Shown: one piece after another, positions 24,890 through 37,100 of the stretch
Numbering within the stretch: the stretch's first letter is position 1
How the letters are laid out: each line of letters begins with the position of its first letter
Assembly (NCBI RefSeq): GCF_009834535.1
Contig: NC_045707.1
Coordinates: 64,606,001-64,670,000, forward strand
Direction of reading: 5' to 3'
Length of the DNA: 64,000 nucleotides
From: Camelus ferus
Taxonomy: Eukaryota
The notes under the pieces: generated by a model
Seen by the model: only the letters and a program-made list of their open reading frames with translations
Told to the model about the DNA's origin: nothing
Databases searched by the model: none
Translations under genes and position numbers: made by a program

Positions 24890-25435
24890 TATAGCCTGAA
24901 TCTAACCATCAGGAGACACTGGACAAGTGCAAATGGAGGAAAATGTGTACCAGAGAAATACTTGACCTGTATCATTTAGAAAGGTCAGTGTTATAAAGAT
25001 CATGTTTAAAGGCTGAAGAATTGTTCCCGATTAAGGAAGATTAAGAGACTTGACAACTAAATACAATACAGGATCCTGGGTGGGATCCTTAACAGAGAAA
25101 CAACAACAAAAAATGCTAAAAGGACATTCTTGAGACGATTGACAAAATTGCAATATGGATTGTGGACCCAAGCATTATATCAATTTTGCATTTCCTAATT
25201 TTGGTAACTTTACTGAGATTACACACTCCGTTTGGGAGATATGCAGCCTACTCTGAAACACTTCAGGTAGAAATATCATCGATGGAGAGAGAATAATAAG
25301 GCAAATGTGGCAGAATGTTAAAAAAAAAAAAGACTAATGGGTCTAGATTAGGATATGTGGTAGCACTCTCTATAATTCTTGCAACTTACCTGTAAGTTTG
25401 AAATTATTTCAAAACAAAAAAAAGTTTGAAAAATA
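24890..25435 (+). mobile_element. Ancient L1M (L1MC/ME-type) 3' end
   Basis: GACAACTAAATACAA..GATCCTGG, AAGGCAAATGTGGCAGAATGTTAA, TTCTTGCAACTT..CTGTAAGTTTGAAATTATTTCAAAA. Confidence 0.7.
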
Positions 25436-27109
25436 AAAGGAGTAGTTTGCTTAAGGGCGTTTAGAGGGTAGAATCCAAGAGATGTGCCTGAGTAATGGGT
25501 AGACCAGAGCTCAGACTTACGAAGACCTGTCTATCTTCGCCAAGGACCAGAGGAGAGGCGTGGGGGGCTGGGCGGGGGGAGAGCAAATACCGTGAGAAGT
25601 GATGGTGAATTTGCAAGAAAGAGCAGTAGAACTGATAGATAAGCCACCCAAGTAGGGAGATAAGATAAAGAAACCCTGGAAAAGAGCGCTGAGTACATTC
25701 CATCCCTGTAACTGACCGCAGCTCCATGGGGGTTGCTCCACATCTTCCACTCACAGACTAACAACTTGGAAAACCAGTATGAAGCATGGCGAAAAGTCAC
25801 TGAAAGGGGAAATGCTATGAATTCCAGGAGCTGTCTTTGAAGGGAAAATCCTTTTCATTCTTCCCACCCTTTTTGGGGGAGCTGGCAACAGGATACTACT
25901 GTTGCTAAATCCAGATGAGATCACCGCTGGGGGGCTTTCTGTTTGGGAAGGACACGGAGACACCTGTTTGTTCGTCAGAGCTTTTCTGATCGGGATCTCT
26001 GACAGATCTGGGCCAGTGCGCACACACCACCTGGGTGGCGTTACCAGGCGCTCGCCCTTCATCTGTGTGTCTGTGAACATTTGCGTTTGTTCCTCTTTCT
26101 GCAAGGCTGTACTTCCAACCCAGAGCTGCAGAGCTGTGGAAAGGATACCAAAGCAGATGTCTTACTAAGATTTTTGGCCTTAATGGCCTGCATCCAGTGA
26201 CCTCCGGATTATTTGAGAAGGATCAGATCTTCCATAGAGTCAAGCTGCTTGGGTACTTGTCTATCCTAAGGCTTAGGTGATAAGCATTCTTTGATTCTGT
26301 GATTTTAAGGATTCCAGGTCTGCACTGGTGCAACTGAAAAATACAGTGAAGTAGAAGATGTACCAGTACTTAGCCGCGCCCTTGTTTAGCGGTGGGGTGA
26401 GAACGTTTACTGTGTCGGCATATGAGTAGACATTGAATCTCCACCTGCGCCTGTCAGGGAGATAATGCAGAGCCAAGACTACTTCCTGCAAGAGGTTTCT
26501 AATGTAGCTGTTGGTTTTATCATCGTATTTTTCAAAAACATGATAAGATGCTTTGATCTTCCACTTTGATCACTGTCAACATTCAGGGGACTCTGAGATG
26601 CCCTGTATCTGCCTCGTCTGGCACAGACGGGTGCGTTTGGGAAGCTGCGTGGAAGACACGGGCAGAATATAGACCCAGCAAGACTCCAACTTTTTATTTT
26701 TTTTTTTAATAAAAAGTCAAAATCCAGGGTTTTTTTTTTCCATATAAAATCTCCTATTTTTACCTACTTATTCCATTTTTTAAAACCAATGTTAAGATCA
26801 CACTATAAAAGCCAGAGAATGCACATGTGCCAGCCAAACAGTGAGCCCTCTATTTGCGACCTCCAGAGAGTTCACGGGAAATGATGTTCTAATGACATGA
26901 CACACAGAAAAAAAGAAAATAGAATCTTTACCTTCCAAGCGTCACTTCCTAAGGGAGATGAGGTGTGTGATCATTTCTTTTCGTTTTTATTCTCTTTTTT
27001 CTTAAAGTCAATGTTAGCCATGTTTGGTTACTCTCCTAGGGCTTGGATAGTCATGAAAATCAGGACCTCCCTCCCCAAAACCAGAATGTATAGCTGTCAC
27101 ACCCAAACC

Positions 27110-27554
27110 GGCAGCCTCTCCCCGCCTCCCCCCACCCCCACTCCACCGGCAGCATGAATGCCTCTATTTGGTTCATCTGAGCCGACTCATTTCCGAGGGT
27201 GGGGCGGTAGCGCCAGAAACGTGGGAAAGAAGATGCAGCCGAGGAGCTTGAGGTTGAAAAACTGACTCGTTTACAGTCACATCTGGTTTTAAGTCCTTCG
27301 TCTGTGTATGGTTATAAAACTCCGACAAAAACTATGCAAAGCCCATTTCCTCCAGATTTGAAAAAAAAAAAAAGTGGGGGAAGGGAAGAGGGTGAGAAAT
27401 TGATGTAGGAAAAAAAAAACAACAAAAACCAGGAAACCTTAGAGATGTGTCTGAGCGAGATGATGGGGCTGCTGTTCGAGACACATCCGGCACTCCCACC
27501 CCTCCCTTCCAGGATTTAAAAAAATCTTGGCACAGCCAACAGCCAGCCCAGCCG
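27110..27554 (+). promoter_or_regulatory. Candidate alternative promoter and non-coding first exon
   Basis: GC boxes (27118-27132, 27201-27207), TATAAAA 27313-27319, Inr-like CCATTTC with A at 27345, donor CCG|GTAAGT at 27554/27555. Confidence 0.4.
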
Positions 27555-28591
27555 GTAAGTGTCTTTTGTGCTGATCTCCTGAAGAATATCTCTTGGATAT
27601 GAGATTGGCAGCAATGGTAATGTATTATCGTTTGGATGTTCTCAGAAAGACATGCTTATCTGTGGACTTGGTCTCTAGCATTACTGGGTGCTCAGCATCC
27701 ATGTTTACTGTTATTCATGTACCACTGTTACTGCTAATAATCATAGGATCTCACGTTTGCCTTTAGCCAGGGACTGACTGAGCTATACATACAACATGCA
27801 CTCTCTCGTTTAATCTGCCCTCTCATTAAACCACCCCGAAACGTCTGTATTATTTCCATTTTCCTGGAGACCTATGACCTAGGAAGGTTACGACCTAGGA
27901 AGTTAGAAAGATTCCTTGAAATTTAAATATCCCAAAATAGCATCTCTAAACACAAAAGAGGGTGGTCATGGCCCCTTTTAAAAGCTGCTTATCAAAGCTG
28001 CTTACCTTAAATTTTAATGAATCTCTTTTAAATGCATGACATCTGCTGCTGGATAAAATTGTGTTCACTTCTGCTGTAATTTACTGTTGAGCCAGTTCCA
28101 GTTAAAACTTAGAGAAGGATTTGCCATCTTGTAATTGTTTTTAATTGACACATTCCCTAATTGCTAGGCTGTCTTCTTTTTAAAAATATCTGGGGACACA
28201 CACGAGAGTTGCATAACAAAAGGCATCAGAATTCGCCTGTCATCCTATATTACTCCTTTTTCCTCTAGCATCTGCATTTATTGAAAAGTTATATTATCAA
28301 AATATGCATTAATGTATTGTAAATATAATATATAAGATATTATATGTTATATCACCAATTTACCATTACCATCAGTTGACACATTCTAAAATTATTCATC
28401 TTCTAAGTCACCTATGTGGCTTCTTGTAAGCAACAAGCTCAGTGGAATGTAAAAGAAAAAAAACAGTGAGGTATCAGTAACCCTCTTTAATATAAACTGA
28501 TATCAGGATTTAGGGGAGGAGGATTGACAATCTAAGGCTTTTGTTTGGAATTTGAATAGTTCTGTCTCGCCAACTAGAGCAGGAAGGCTTG

Positions 28592-28593
<2 letters not shown>

Positions 28594-28636
<43 letters not shown>
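28594..28636. repeat. (AC)~21 microsatellite
   Basis: Perfect dinucleotide run. Confidence 0.97.
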
Positions 28637-28638
<2 letters not shown>

Positions 28639-29199
28639 TGGGCTCCCCCAGAGCATTTCAAATCCCTTAGGTTGCGGGAGGGTCGTAGAATTTACGTTTC
28701 TAGCAAGTCCTCAGATGATGCTAGCCTTTGAGGACCACTGTCCTGAAGATTACCCCCTCCCTCCCCTTCATCCTTCTCCCTTCAACTTCCCTCCCACTCC
28801 TCTTTGCCCACCTCTTTCTCTTCAAAATCAAGCTTCTCTTCTTCCTCTCTTTTATGCCTTCTTTTTCTCTTCTCTATCCTTCCCTCCCTTTCAAGATGAC
28901 ATCTGAGGCATCCACTAGGAATATGTTTAGAAGGACTTGTTGAGAGTATTTATTCACATAACAATATTTACTGAGCAGCTACAAAGGCTCATTCATTCAT
29001 TCATCTACTCATTCAGCAAATACTTGTTGAAATTCCCCTGTAGGCCAACCTCTGTGCAAAAAGAACAAGACCAAGACTCTGCCCCAAGGGAATTCTCCAT
29101 GTGCCCCGGGAAAGCAGGCAGGCAGTACACAAACTTATAAATAATTAGCTTATTACCAAGTATCACTAATGCTCAGAATTAAATAAATAGATCACTGAG

Positions 29200-29470
29200 A
29201 TGAAGACTGCTAACAGTATACTTTCTCTTGTGAGGTCAAAAAAGGCCTGGCCCAGAGGGGTGTGTTTAAGCTGAGACCCAAACATTGAGAGGAAGATAGC
29301 CAAGCAGAGACCCTGCGGAGCAGTGGTCCAAAAGGAGGAGACAGCGGGCACAAAGGCCCTGGGGCAGGACAAAGTCAGCTCCATGGGGGTGTCTTCATAA
29401 CCTAAACTAACTGAGGCCTGGCACACCGTAGGTGTTCAGTCGGTATTTGCTGAGTGAATGAGTAAATGAA
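29200..29470. repeat. L2 fragments
   Basis: TTTAAGCTGAGACC..GCACAAAGGCCCTGGGGCAGG; GCCTGGCACACCGTAGGTGTTCAG..ATTTGCTGAGTGAATGA. Confidence 0.55.
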
Positions 29471-29783
29471 TTATTTGACTCAGGCCATCGGAGCATAGGA
29501 GGTAAACAGGAGAGAGGCATGGGGTGAGCAGAGGCCAGATCACGAAAGGCCTCTTGTAGGTCATAAATTTGGATTAACCAACCAACTTCACCAATCTGCT
29601 CTCTCTTCATTCCCCCAGCGTTCTCTGCAGCCAGCTAGGACTGTGATCTCAAGGAGCAGTTCTCGAAGTGTGGCCCTGGACCCCTGATGACTGGTTGTAT
29701 CATTCAACATGTTGGTTCCTAATGTGATCAGAGCCATGCTTTCCTCCATTAATTCATAATTAATGACTATGTAAATTATAACA

Positions 29784-29911
29784 GGGGGGAGGGTATAGCT
29801 CAGTGGTAGAGTGTACGCCTAGCGTGCACAAGGTCCTGGGTTCAATCCCCAGTACCTCCCTTAAAATAAACAAACAAAAAACCTAATTACCCACTCCCCC
29901 CAAAATAAAAA
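29784..29911 (+). mobile_element. tRNA-derived SINE (camelid Vic-1-like)
   Basis: GGGGGAGGGTATAGCTCAGTGGTAGAG (A box)...GGTTCAATCCCC (B box); same tail as the 6206 copy; TSD TAAATTATAAC at 29772-29782 and 29912-29922. Confidence 0.9.
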
Positions 29912-32900
29912 TAAATTATAACGATTACTCATTAATTGCTATACCTACCTGTTTAAAAGGCAGCTGTTTAACCAACATTAGACATTAGACTCTCCTGTCT
30001 GACCAAAAGCAGCCCCACCCCCACCCCCACCCACGAAGTCTGGGGAAGGCTTCCTCGTGGCACAGAGAAGAGGATGTCCCCTGAAGTTACAGAGAGGCTG
30101 ATTCCAAATTCCTGGAATGCAGTAACGTCTAAAGCAAATGCAGTGTCATTACATAGGATAAATAGGTTCAAAGGCAGTTGAGGAATTCCAAACAAAGGTG
30201 AGAACAAAGGGAAAAATGAATCATTTTATTTATAATTTGTACAGTAGCTTCAAATACACTCCTCTTGGGAAAGATGGTATCTGGCCACCTCTCCCAGTCC
30301 CTTATTGCCGTACATCTACTACACATCACTTTAATTTTTTATATTAATATAAGTGTTTTTCTAAAGGTAAATCAGTTTTTAAAAATGGAATCAGTAAAAA
30401 CCTGAGTTTAAACTTCCCCTCCTTGTTTCATAAAATGCTCATTCTTACAGTTTCCTTAGGACCCACCAATGAAATGGGAGCTTTGCTCTGAGCCTTAAGA
30501 TTCCTCTCCCTCCCCAAAAAAAGCACCCCAGCAGTTATTTACCTTAGGAAAAGAAATATCTATGGCCCCTAGTCCTTTTCTTCATGGACTGCTATGATTC
30601 TTTATGTACATTGGTATTAAAATAGATAAAGGACACATGATCCTCAATGTAGATGTCTCTCTTTGATCCAAAATAAAATGACTGTGTTTAAATAAATCAC
30701 TCCTTTTCCTAATTCATATTCCCATGGGTGTTATTAGCAGATCACTGTTAATAACATAGAATTTGGAAGCATCTGAACAATGTTCAGATGTTGTTGTTGT
30801 GAGACTATTTTGTTATTCCCTTGTTTGATGAGTCCTCTTTGCATTTTGCCTTTTCAGTGTAGTTGCCACTATTATAAAGCAGTGTATTGCATTATAGTTA
30901 GTGTGTAGGGTATGAGTTACCATTTTAAAATTAATTGATAGGGTATAGTAGGTTGGTGATGTGATAGTTTTTAAAAAATGTTTGAGAAAGCTTGGCGAGC
31001 TTAGAAAAGATCGAATTTACCAAAGATTTCTCCATAGGACAGAGGGTAGTTCATGAATTTGGGTGGAAAGATTTCAAATCTGAGGGCCAGAAATATAAAA
31101 ACCTCATTGAGAAAGACAAAGAGAAAGATGGGCAGCAGAAGGTAGGTAAGTGGGATGTATGTGATGGATGAGTTTAAAGCAAAACGTGTGATTTGGCTGC
31201 AATCTATTACGAGGCAAACTGACAGATGGACAGCACACTAAAGTTCGCAAAGGCACTTTAACGTATGTGATCTTACTTACTCTTCATAATAGTCTGGGAA
31301 GTACTAGGGGTAGGTATTATTTCAGTTTGACAGATGAGGAAATCACTTTGTTTTCTGAATACAGCAGAAAAAAGAGAAAGGTAATGTTAAAAAGGAATAA
31401 AGCTAAAAAAAAAAAAAAAAGAGAGAGACCCCTGTAAAGGCTGAAGGCAGCCTGTAGGTTCGCCATATCTAACGGGGAGAAAAGGGAGACATCTCTGGTG
31501 ATGCTGAAAGGCATGCCAGGCGGTGAAAAGCCATTGAACTTGGGGGCAAAATACAGAAGGCAATGGTTCTTCAGTGACACAGGTGACCTGGGCAGAGAAA
31601 CAGGAAAGATTCCGTTTTCCCAGAAATACACACGTTTTAGGTTTGACTTTCTTTGAATGTTTGCTAACTTGAAAAAGAGATTTGAGATCTCCGATCTGGC
31701 TGCAGATTAAAAGCCTATAGAATCTTTGAAAGGGTAAAATTTTCATTTTTTTCATTAAAAGATTTTTTTAAAGGTTTTCTAAAAAAATTGAAGTAATTTT
31801 CATTTTTTTGCTTTTCCCCAAAGTAGACACCTTTGATATAGTAGTCCATAATACAGCTTTATGTATAACCTATTTGAAAAGGAAAGAATATGTCACCCTT
31901 TCCCATTGATTTAGCTCCAGAATATTCTATTTTGAAAAATCTCATCTCTTTTGGCAGTTGTCAGGGATGGCACCCAAGAGAAGCAATCAAACATTATTCA
32001 GGTTGTTGCAGTATTTTGCTACTGTCACCTGTGTGCAATTAAACATTTTTGCTCTTTGGTTATTGGAAACTCTTTTAAAATCCATTTTCAGATACATGAT
32101 CATTCAGGTACTGAGGCAATTGCTAAAAGTTAGTGTCAAAAACTAAGTGAATTTCACTTTTTTTGGTAACATGTGGGGAGCTGAGCCATCAAGAGTGTTT
32201 GCTCCAAACGAGAGTTCATATTGCTTGCTTTCTTATATTGCTAGGACAATTATGGATGAAATCGCTTCAAACTTCTCGATGGTCAGTGATGAGGCTGTTT
32301 TGCATGTGGGCTGCACAATTGGTGGTGATTACATTTGTTCTTGGTTAGTATCATTTGCATAAGATTTAGGGAGGGCGCAGAACCTGTACTCAAGAGAAAG
32401 GGGAAAGTGAATGGCAGGAAAAAATGAAGGTCAAGTTGGCAATGGACACCATCCTTTCGGGGTCTTTTTCTCTTGGTGGTGTCAGGGGGATGCGCGTTGG
32501 GACTAATGAGTGCTTCGAGGTGAGAAGGGCAAAGGCACTCTAATAAAAGGCTTCAGGAAAGAGCGAGGCGACCCAGGGAAATCTGCTGTGGTCAAGTTTA
32601 ATCCTGGGAAAAGAGGCCCCGGAGAAAGCAGATGAGGAAGATAGGAAGGAAGACAGGGAGGGGGAGGCGCAGGGTGTGCAGGGAGGAAGGGGGCGGGGGT
32701 GGGGGGCTGGAAAGTGAGAGGGAGCAAGTCCTGATGCGGCTGGGACGGCGGGGTGGAGGACCACAGAGTGGGAAAAAGTGAAAGTCGGTAGAGGAGGAGG
32801 AGGAGGAGAAAGAGGCAGAGCCCCGCGGCCCCGGACGCGACCCCCGGCGGGGGAGAGGCGGCGGCGGCGGCTTGGCCCGGCCTGGGGCCCCCTTGGCAGC

Positions 32901-33094
32901 CTCCGGCGTTGGCTCCTCGGGGCTCCCTCCCTCGCCGGCGCATTGTTCCTTTGCCGGGAGACGAGGAAATTGCCTTTTGATTGCGGAAGTCCGCGGCCGG
33001 GGCTCGGGGCGAGGCAGCGCTGGTCAGAATGGCAGCGTGGGAAGGGCGGCGCGCTGCCGGCCCCCGCCGCCTCTCGCGTCCGCAGCCCGCCCGG

Positions 33095-33139
33095 GGCGGC
33101 AGCAGCGGCGGCAGCGGCGGCGGCGGCGGCGGCGGCAGC
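33095..33139 (+). repeat. Interrupted GGC/AGC trinucleotide repeat (15 units, 7 uninterrupted GGC)
   Basis: (GGC)2(AGC)2(GGC)2AGC(GGC)7AGC read directly. Confidence 0.95.
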
Positions 33140-33293
33140 GACGGCCCCCGCACGTCGCCAGCCCGGAGGCCCGCGCTCTGCGCCCGCGGGGCGCGCTGAG
33201 CGCGCGCGCAACAAGTGGTCCCCGCGCCGCCGGCCGTCGGGGCCGCCCCGCGGCCCAGCCCCGCCGTCGAGCCTGGGGGAGCCGCCGAGCGCC

Positions 33294-33347
33294 ATGCGGA
33301 GCCATGCGGCCGGGCTGGCCTTGTGGACCGCGCTGAGCCTGCTGCAG
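33294..33347 (+). CDS. PTPRB: PTPRB short (canonical VE-PTP) isoform signal-peptide exon, MRSHAAGLALWTALSLLQ
   Basis: gccATG; 54 nt, phase 0, donor CAG|GTGAGG; matches the human MLSHGAGLALWITLSLLQ-type leader. Confidence 0.93.
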
Positions 33348-33734
33348 GTGAGGGCCGCAGAGCAGGTCCCCGCGGGCGGACGCGCCCCGCCCCGCCCCGC
33401 CGAGGACCCGATCCCCGCTCCGCTCTCTGGCCTCCTGGGGTGTGTTTTGCAGGGGGAGGTGGCGGAATTTCTTCCTCTTTTCAGGCCCCAGCCAGACTGA
33501 CAGCTCATGCTACCGTCAGGGGCAAAAAGCCACCTTCTCTCACCACCTCCTCCGGGTAGAAAGAGGCCTCCCACCTGGGTAGCGGGCCTTTTCTCTGGCT
33601 GGAGGGCAAAAGGATGGATGCGCTGAGGCTGGGGGCGAGGGGCAGGTGGAGGCAGCTTGCGGAACTGGCTGCGAACACGTCCATAGGCAGGTCTGGACTG
33701 CGGGCTTCAGCGGTTGTCTCTGGTTCCTTTGCAG

Positions 33735-34008
33735 ACTGGATTGGGGGAACCAGTGAGATGCAACTTCACCGTGACGCAGTCCAGGGTCTCCAGCCGGTCC
33801 GTGTCTCTGCAGTGGAGAACTTTGGCGTCACCCTGTAACTTTAGCCTCAACTACAGCAGTGACACGTCGGGGGTCGCGTCCTGCCACCCCGTGCGGATAG
33901 ACAACGCCACCTATGGATGTAACCTCAAGGATTTACGAGCGGGAACCATCTATAACTTAAGGATTGTGTCTCAGGATGGAGAAGAGAGAACTGTGGTCTT
34001 GCAAACAG
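33735..34008 (+). CDS. PTPRB: PTPRB FN3 repeat 1 (first exon shared by both isoforms)
   Basis: cctttgcAG acceptor; TGLGEPVRCNF...DLRAGTIYNLRIVS...VLQT; 274 nt, phase 0-1, donor CAG|GTAAAG. Confidence 0.96.
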
Positions 34009-34102
34009 GTAAAGAGTGACAGGTGCAGTTGGACGGCCAGGCCACTCTGGGCTGAGCCCTGCCTTTTCAAGCTGGGTTTTCATTTGAGTTCCAGGCATAC
34101 AA

Positions 34103-34168
<66 letters not shown>
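34103..34168. repeat. (AAT)~22 microsatellite
   Basis: Perfect trinucleotide run. Confidence 0.97.
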
Positions 34169-34169
<1 letters not shown>

Positions 34170-37100
34170 GTAGTAAAGGTTAAAAACATCTGTGAAGATA
34201 ACTGTTGACAAAGACTTCTCATCTCTGATCTGGCCAGAAGCAGCTTGGTTGACTTCCAGAGATTTCCCTAGTGCTGAAAACAGCAGACTAGCCACTTGAG
34301 AAACTGCGGCTCTGGAGGGAATTTTTTAAACTGATGTGGTTTGAGCTTCCATCACATTAAACTGTCAAACCCTGGGATAATTTTCAGGCAATGTTTTTAG
34401 AATAAATAATGGAAGTGCAATGATTAGGGATGTGCCTTTCCTCAACGTAGTTTTATTTTGGAACCAGGACATAAAATCTTCAGGAATAGAATAGTCATTC
34501 ACGGGGGGAAATCAGGAAAGTCTCTTAAAATGAGGGTATGAAAATTCTCTTTCTTATCACTTGAATAATTAAAACAGCGTAATATCAGAGATCATCCTTT
34601 GGTTACTCTGCACCTTAAGTCAGTCATTTTCTGTTCACTTTTGGTAAACCCTTCCATGCGTATATGGTAAGAGTTTGTCTTTCCTTCCTGTTTTCTTGTC
34701 TGTAAAATGAGACCTGGTCATTCAAGTCCAAGTTCCTACCATGCGTGTTACCTCATTAATCCACATGGCCACTCTCAGATGTGCTCTAAATTCTCTAGTG
34801 ACTTTGATGTTTTATGACTTCATTAGTTTTCCCTTTAACATTGTCTTTATTTGTTGCAATAGTCAAGCCTTACTTTCATCGAGAAAGTCAAATTTAACCG
34901 AAAAATTCCAGAAGTTAAATTTAGAAATGTGTTGTCTGTGTCCTGAACAAAGATCACTTCAAGGAACATACAGTTCTTTGAACAGGTGTGAGAATGGCCA
35001 GTTATCAGGGTCAGGAAATGTAACTGGGTTCATGTAGTAAGCCAATCAGATATTCTCTTATTAATTAAGAATGCCCAATTTTTAGATCACTTGACTTATG
35101 TCAGATGAAAGTTAGATAATTTCTGAGATTTACAGGAATTTAAATTTAAGGAAAAGAAACACATCTTGTTAAGAATGTGGTTGTGTTTTTGTATGAAATC
35201 AAAGAGAGACTGAAATCAAACACATAATTAGAACATTTTACAGAAGTTTAAGCGGCTGGGATTTTAGTTATAAAGTTGTTGGTTTCTTGGTATGTGAAGA
35301 GAGTTTTGTGAACACTTAGATGGCTAATACTGTGAAATTTATGACCTAGACCTTCCAGATGTGTTCTTCACATTTGATAAAGTGTCTGTGTTGAATGGAG
35401 CAGAACAATTTTTAAAAACAGGTGAGCCTTCAAAAGCTTTGGGGAGAAAAGATGAAGACATTAAGGCAGAATACACTCTTTTAACCCAGAGATTTTACTT
35501 CTTGAAAAAAAAAAACATTGATGAAAAAGGATTCACTGTGGGTGTAACTAGTTAGAATGTGTTTCGAGTTGAATTATGCATGGAAGTGTTTCCAGTCCAG
35601 AGACATTTGTGAAGTGTAAGAAATATTTGCATTTTATTGACTATGTTGAATTTTAAAAAGGCTTCATCAGCACTCACAATTGTTAGCATTCAGTGTCTCA
35701 TCATTTTTCTTAAGGAGTTACTTTTTACAGCACCACAAATATACTTTGCACCACAAATTTTATGAGCTCCAGGCCAAATGTGAAGAATGAAATTTGCAGG
35801 TGATGTTTGTATAATGATCATTATTTTGTACTTATTTGTATGATGGTACAGCCTTACTTAGGATTCTTCATATTTTTAAAATAATTTTCTTTAAATAAAT
35901 ATTTTTAAAATTAAGACATATAAAAAATGTTTTAAAGAGAATAAGTTTTGGTTAGTTGTTATTTATTTTTTGTCAGCACTTTATGTGTTTTCTATAGTTT
36001 AAGGACATACGTGAATTTTTCCTTTAAGTTAAGAGAAAGTACTAGGAACTAGGATTCCTGTATATTAATTGTTAAGTAACAGAGATGAAGGGGGCACAAA
36101 TCATATTTTACTGTTGTTAAAGCAGGATCAACTAGTGGCATAATATTAAATCTGAGATAGAACTTCAAAAAAAAAAGTCATTCGAATATGTGGTGCTTTT
36201 CTTATTCCATACACCTGTCTTGTCAGGATAGAATAAAACAGGGTAAGAACAAGGTGTAATTTGGCTGCAGAGACAGCCGTTGCTTTAATTATCTCTGTAT
36301 CATTCCAAGTGGGATTTGTCTGGCTGTTTTTCCTGAGAAGTTATCTAAAATAGTTATTTTAGCAATGTAGACATGACCTTAAAGATCAGAAGTGTTAACT
36401 AAATGGGGACTATTTCAGCAACAATCAGTTTTCAGTCCAGATTTAAAATCAGAATTGAAAAACGTAAGTGGATTCAAATTCAGCTCAGCAAACATTTATC
36501 GAGCCTGAATTCTGCAGGGAATTACTCCAGGGAGTGACTGGTTTGTAAAGATGGCAAAGAAAACATGGTCTCTGCCCTTGTAGTCTTGTACAGAGGTGAG
36601 GGAGGGTCACGGTGAAGGTGGTGACCACTTGTTTCCTGGATAAGAACCTTGCCCTGCCTCGTGTATGCCACACTGTCCTACCATAGGAAAGATGTGTGGC
36701 AATTCTTAGGTGTATTTGGTCATAAATGGTCAATGCGACCGCTGCAGTAAATTGACAGCCAGAATACTTAGTTGTGAATTCATCAGATGTCAGATTGTGA
36801 AGATGTCAGATATTGAAGAACTCAGCGCTTTTGTTAACACTGTGTCCTCGGAGTCTAGAGCAGAGGCTGCAAACTAGTAGCCCCTGGGAGTGTCTAGGTG
36901 TCTAAATAATTGATACGTTTTGTTTGGCTCTCGTCATGTTTGTGAAAAATTCAGATTGTTTCACTAGCATGATGAACAGAAAATTTACGTAAATATCAGT
37001 CTATGGATTCTCTTAAAATATTGGAAGTTTTGGCAAAACTCAGCCAGTCTGCCCAGAACTTTCTAGAGCTGGGCTATGGCTTCTTTCCTTTCAGGTACCA

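Larger units (their letters stand above)
32730..33480. promoter_or_regulatory. PTPRB: CpG island; promoter/5' region of the PTPRB short isoform
   Basis: Very high GC and CpG density around ATG 33294; GC boxes; ETS sites GAGGAAAT and GCGGAAGT near 32963-32990. Confidence 0.9.

Noticed and set aside
29784..29860. tRNA-Ala-like gene
   Set aside because: It has a SINE tail and TSD and a second copy at 6206, so it is a SINE head, not a tRNA gene
32503..33574. Long ORFs on both strands, including 344 aa (-) and a poly-Ala-containing frame continuous with ATG 33294
   Set aside because: Stop-codon scarcity in a CpG island. The in-frame extension has no upstream ATG and would bury the signal peptide.
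34080..34295. Poly-Tyr ORF
   Set aside because: Translation of the (AAT)n microsatellite
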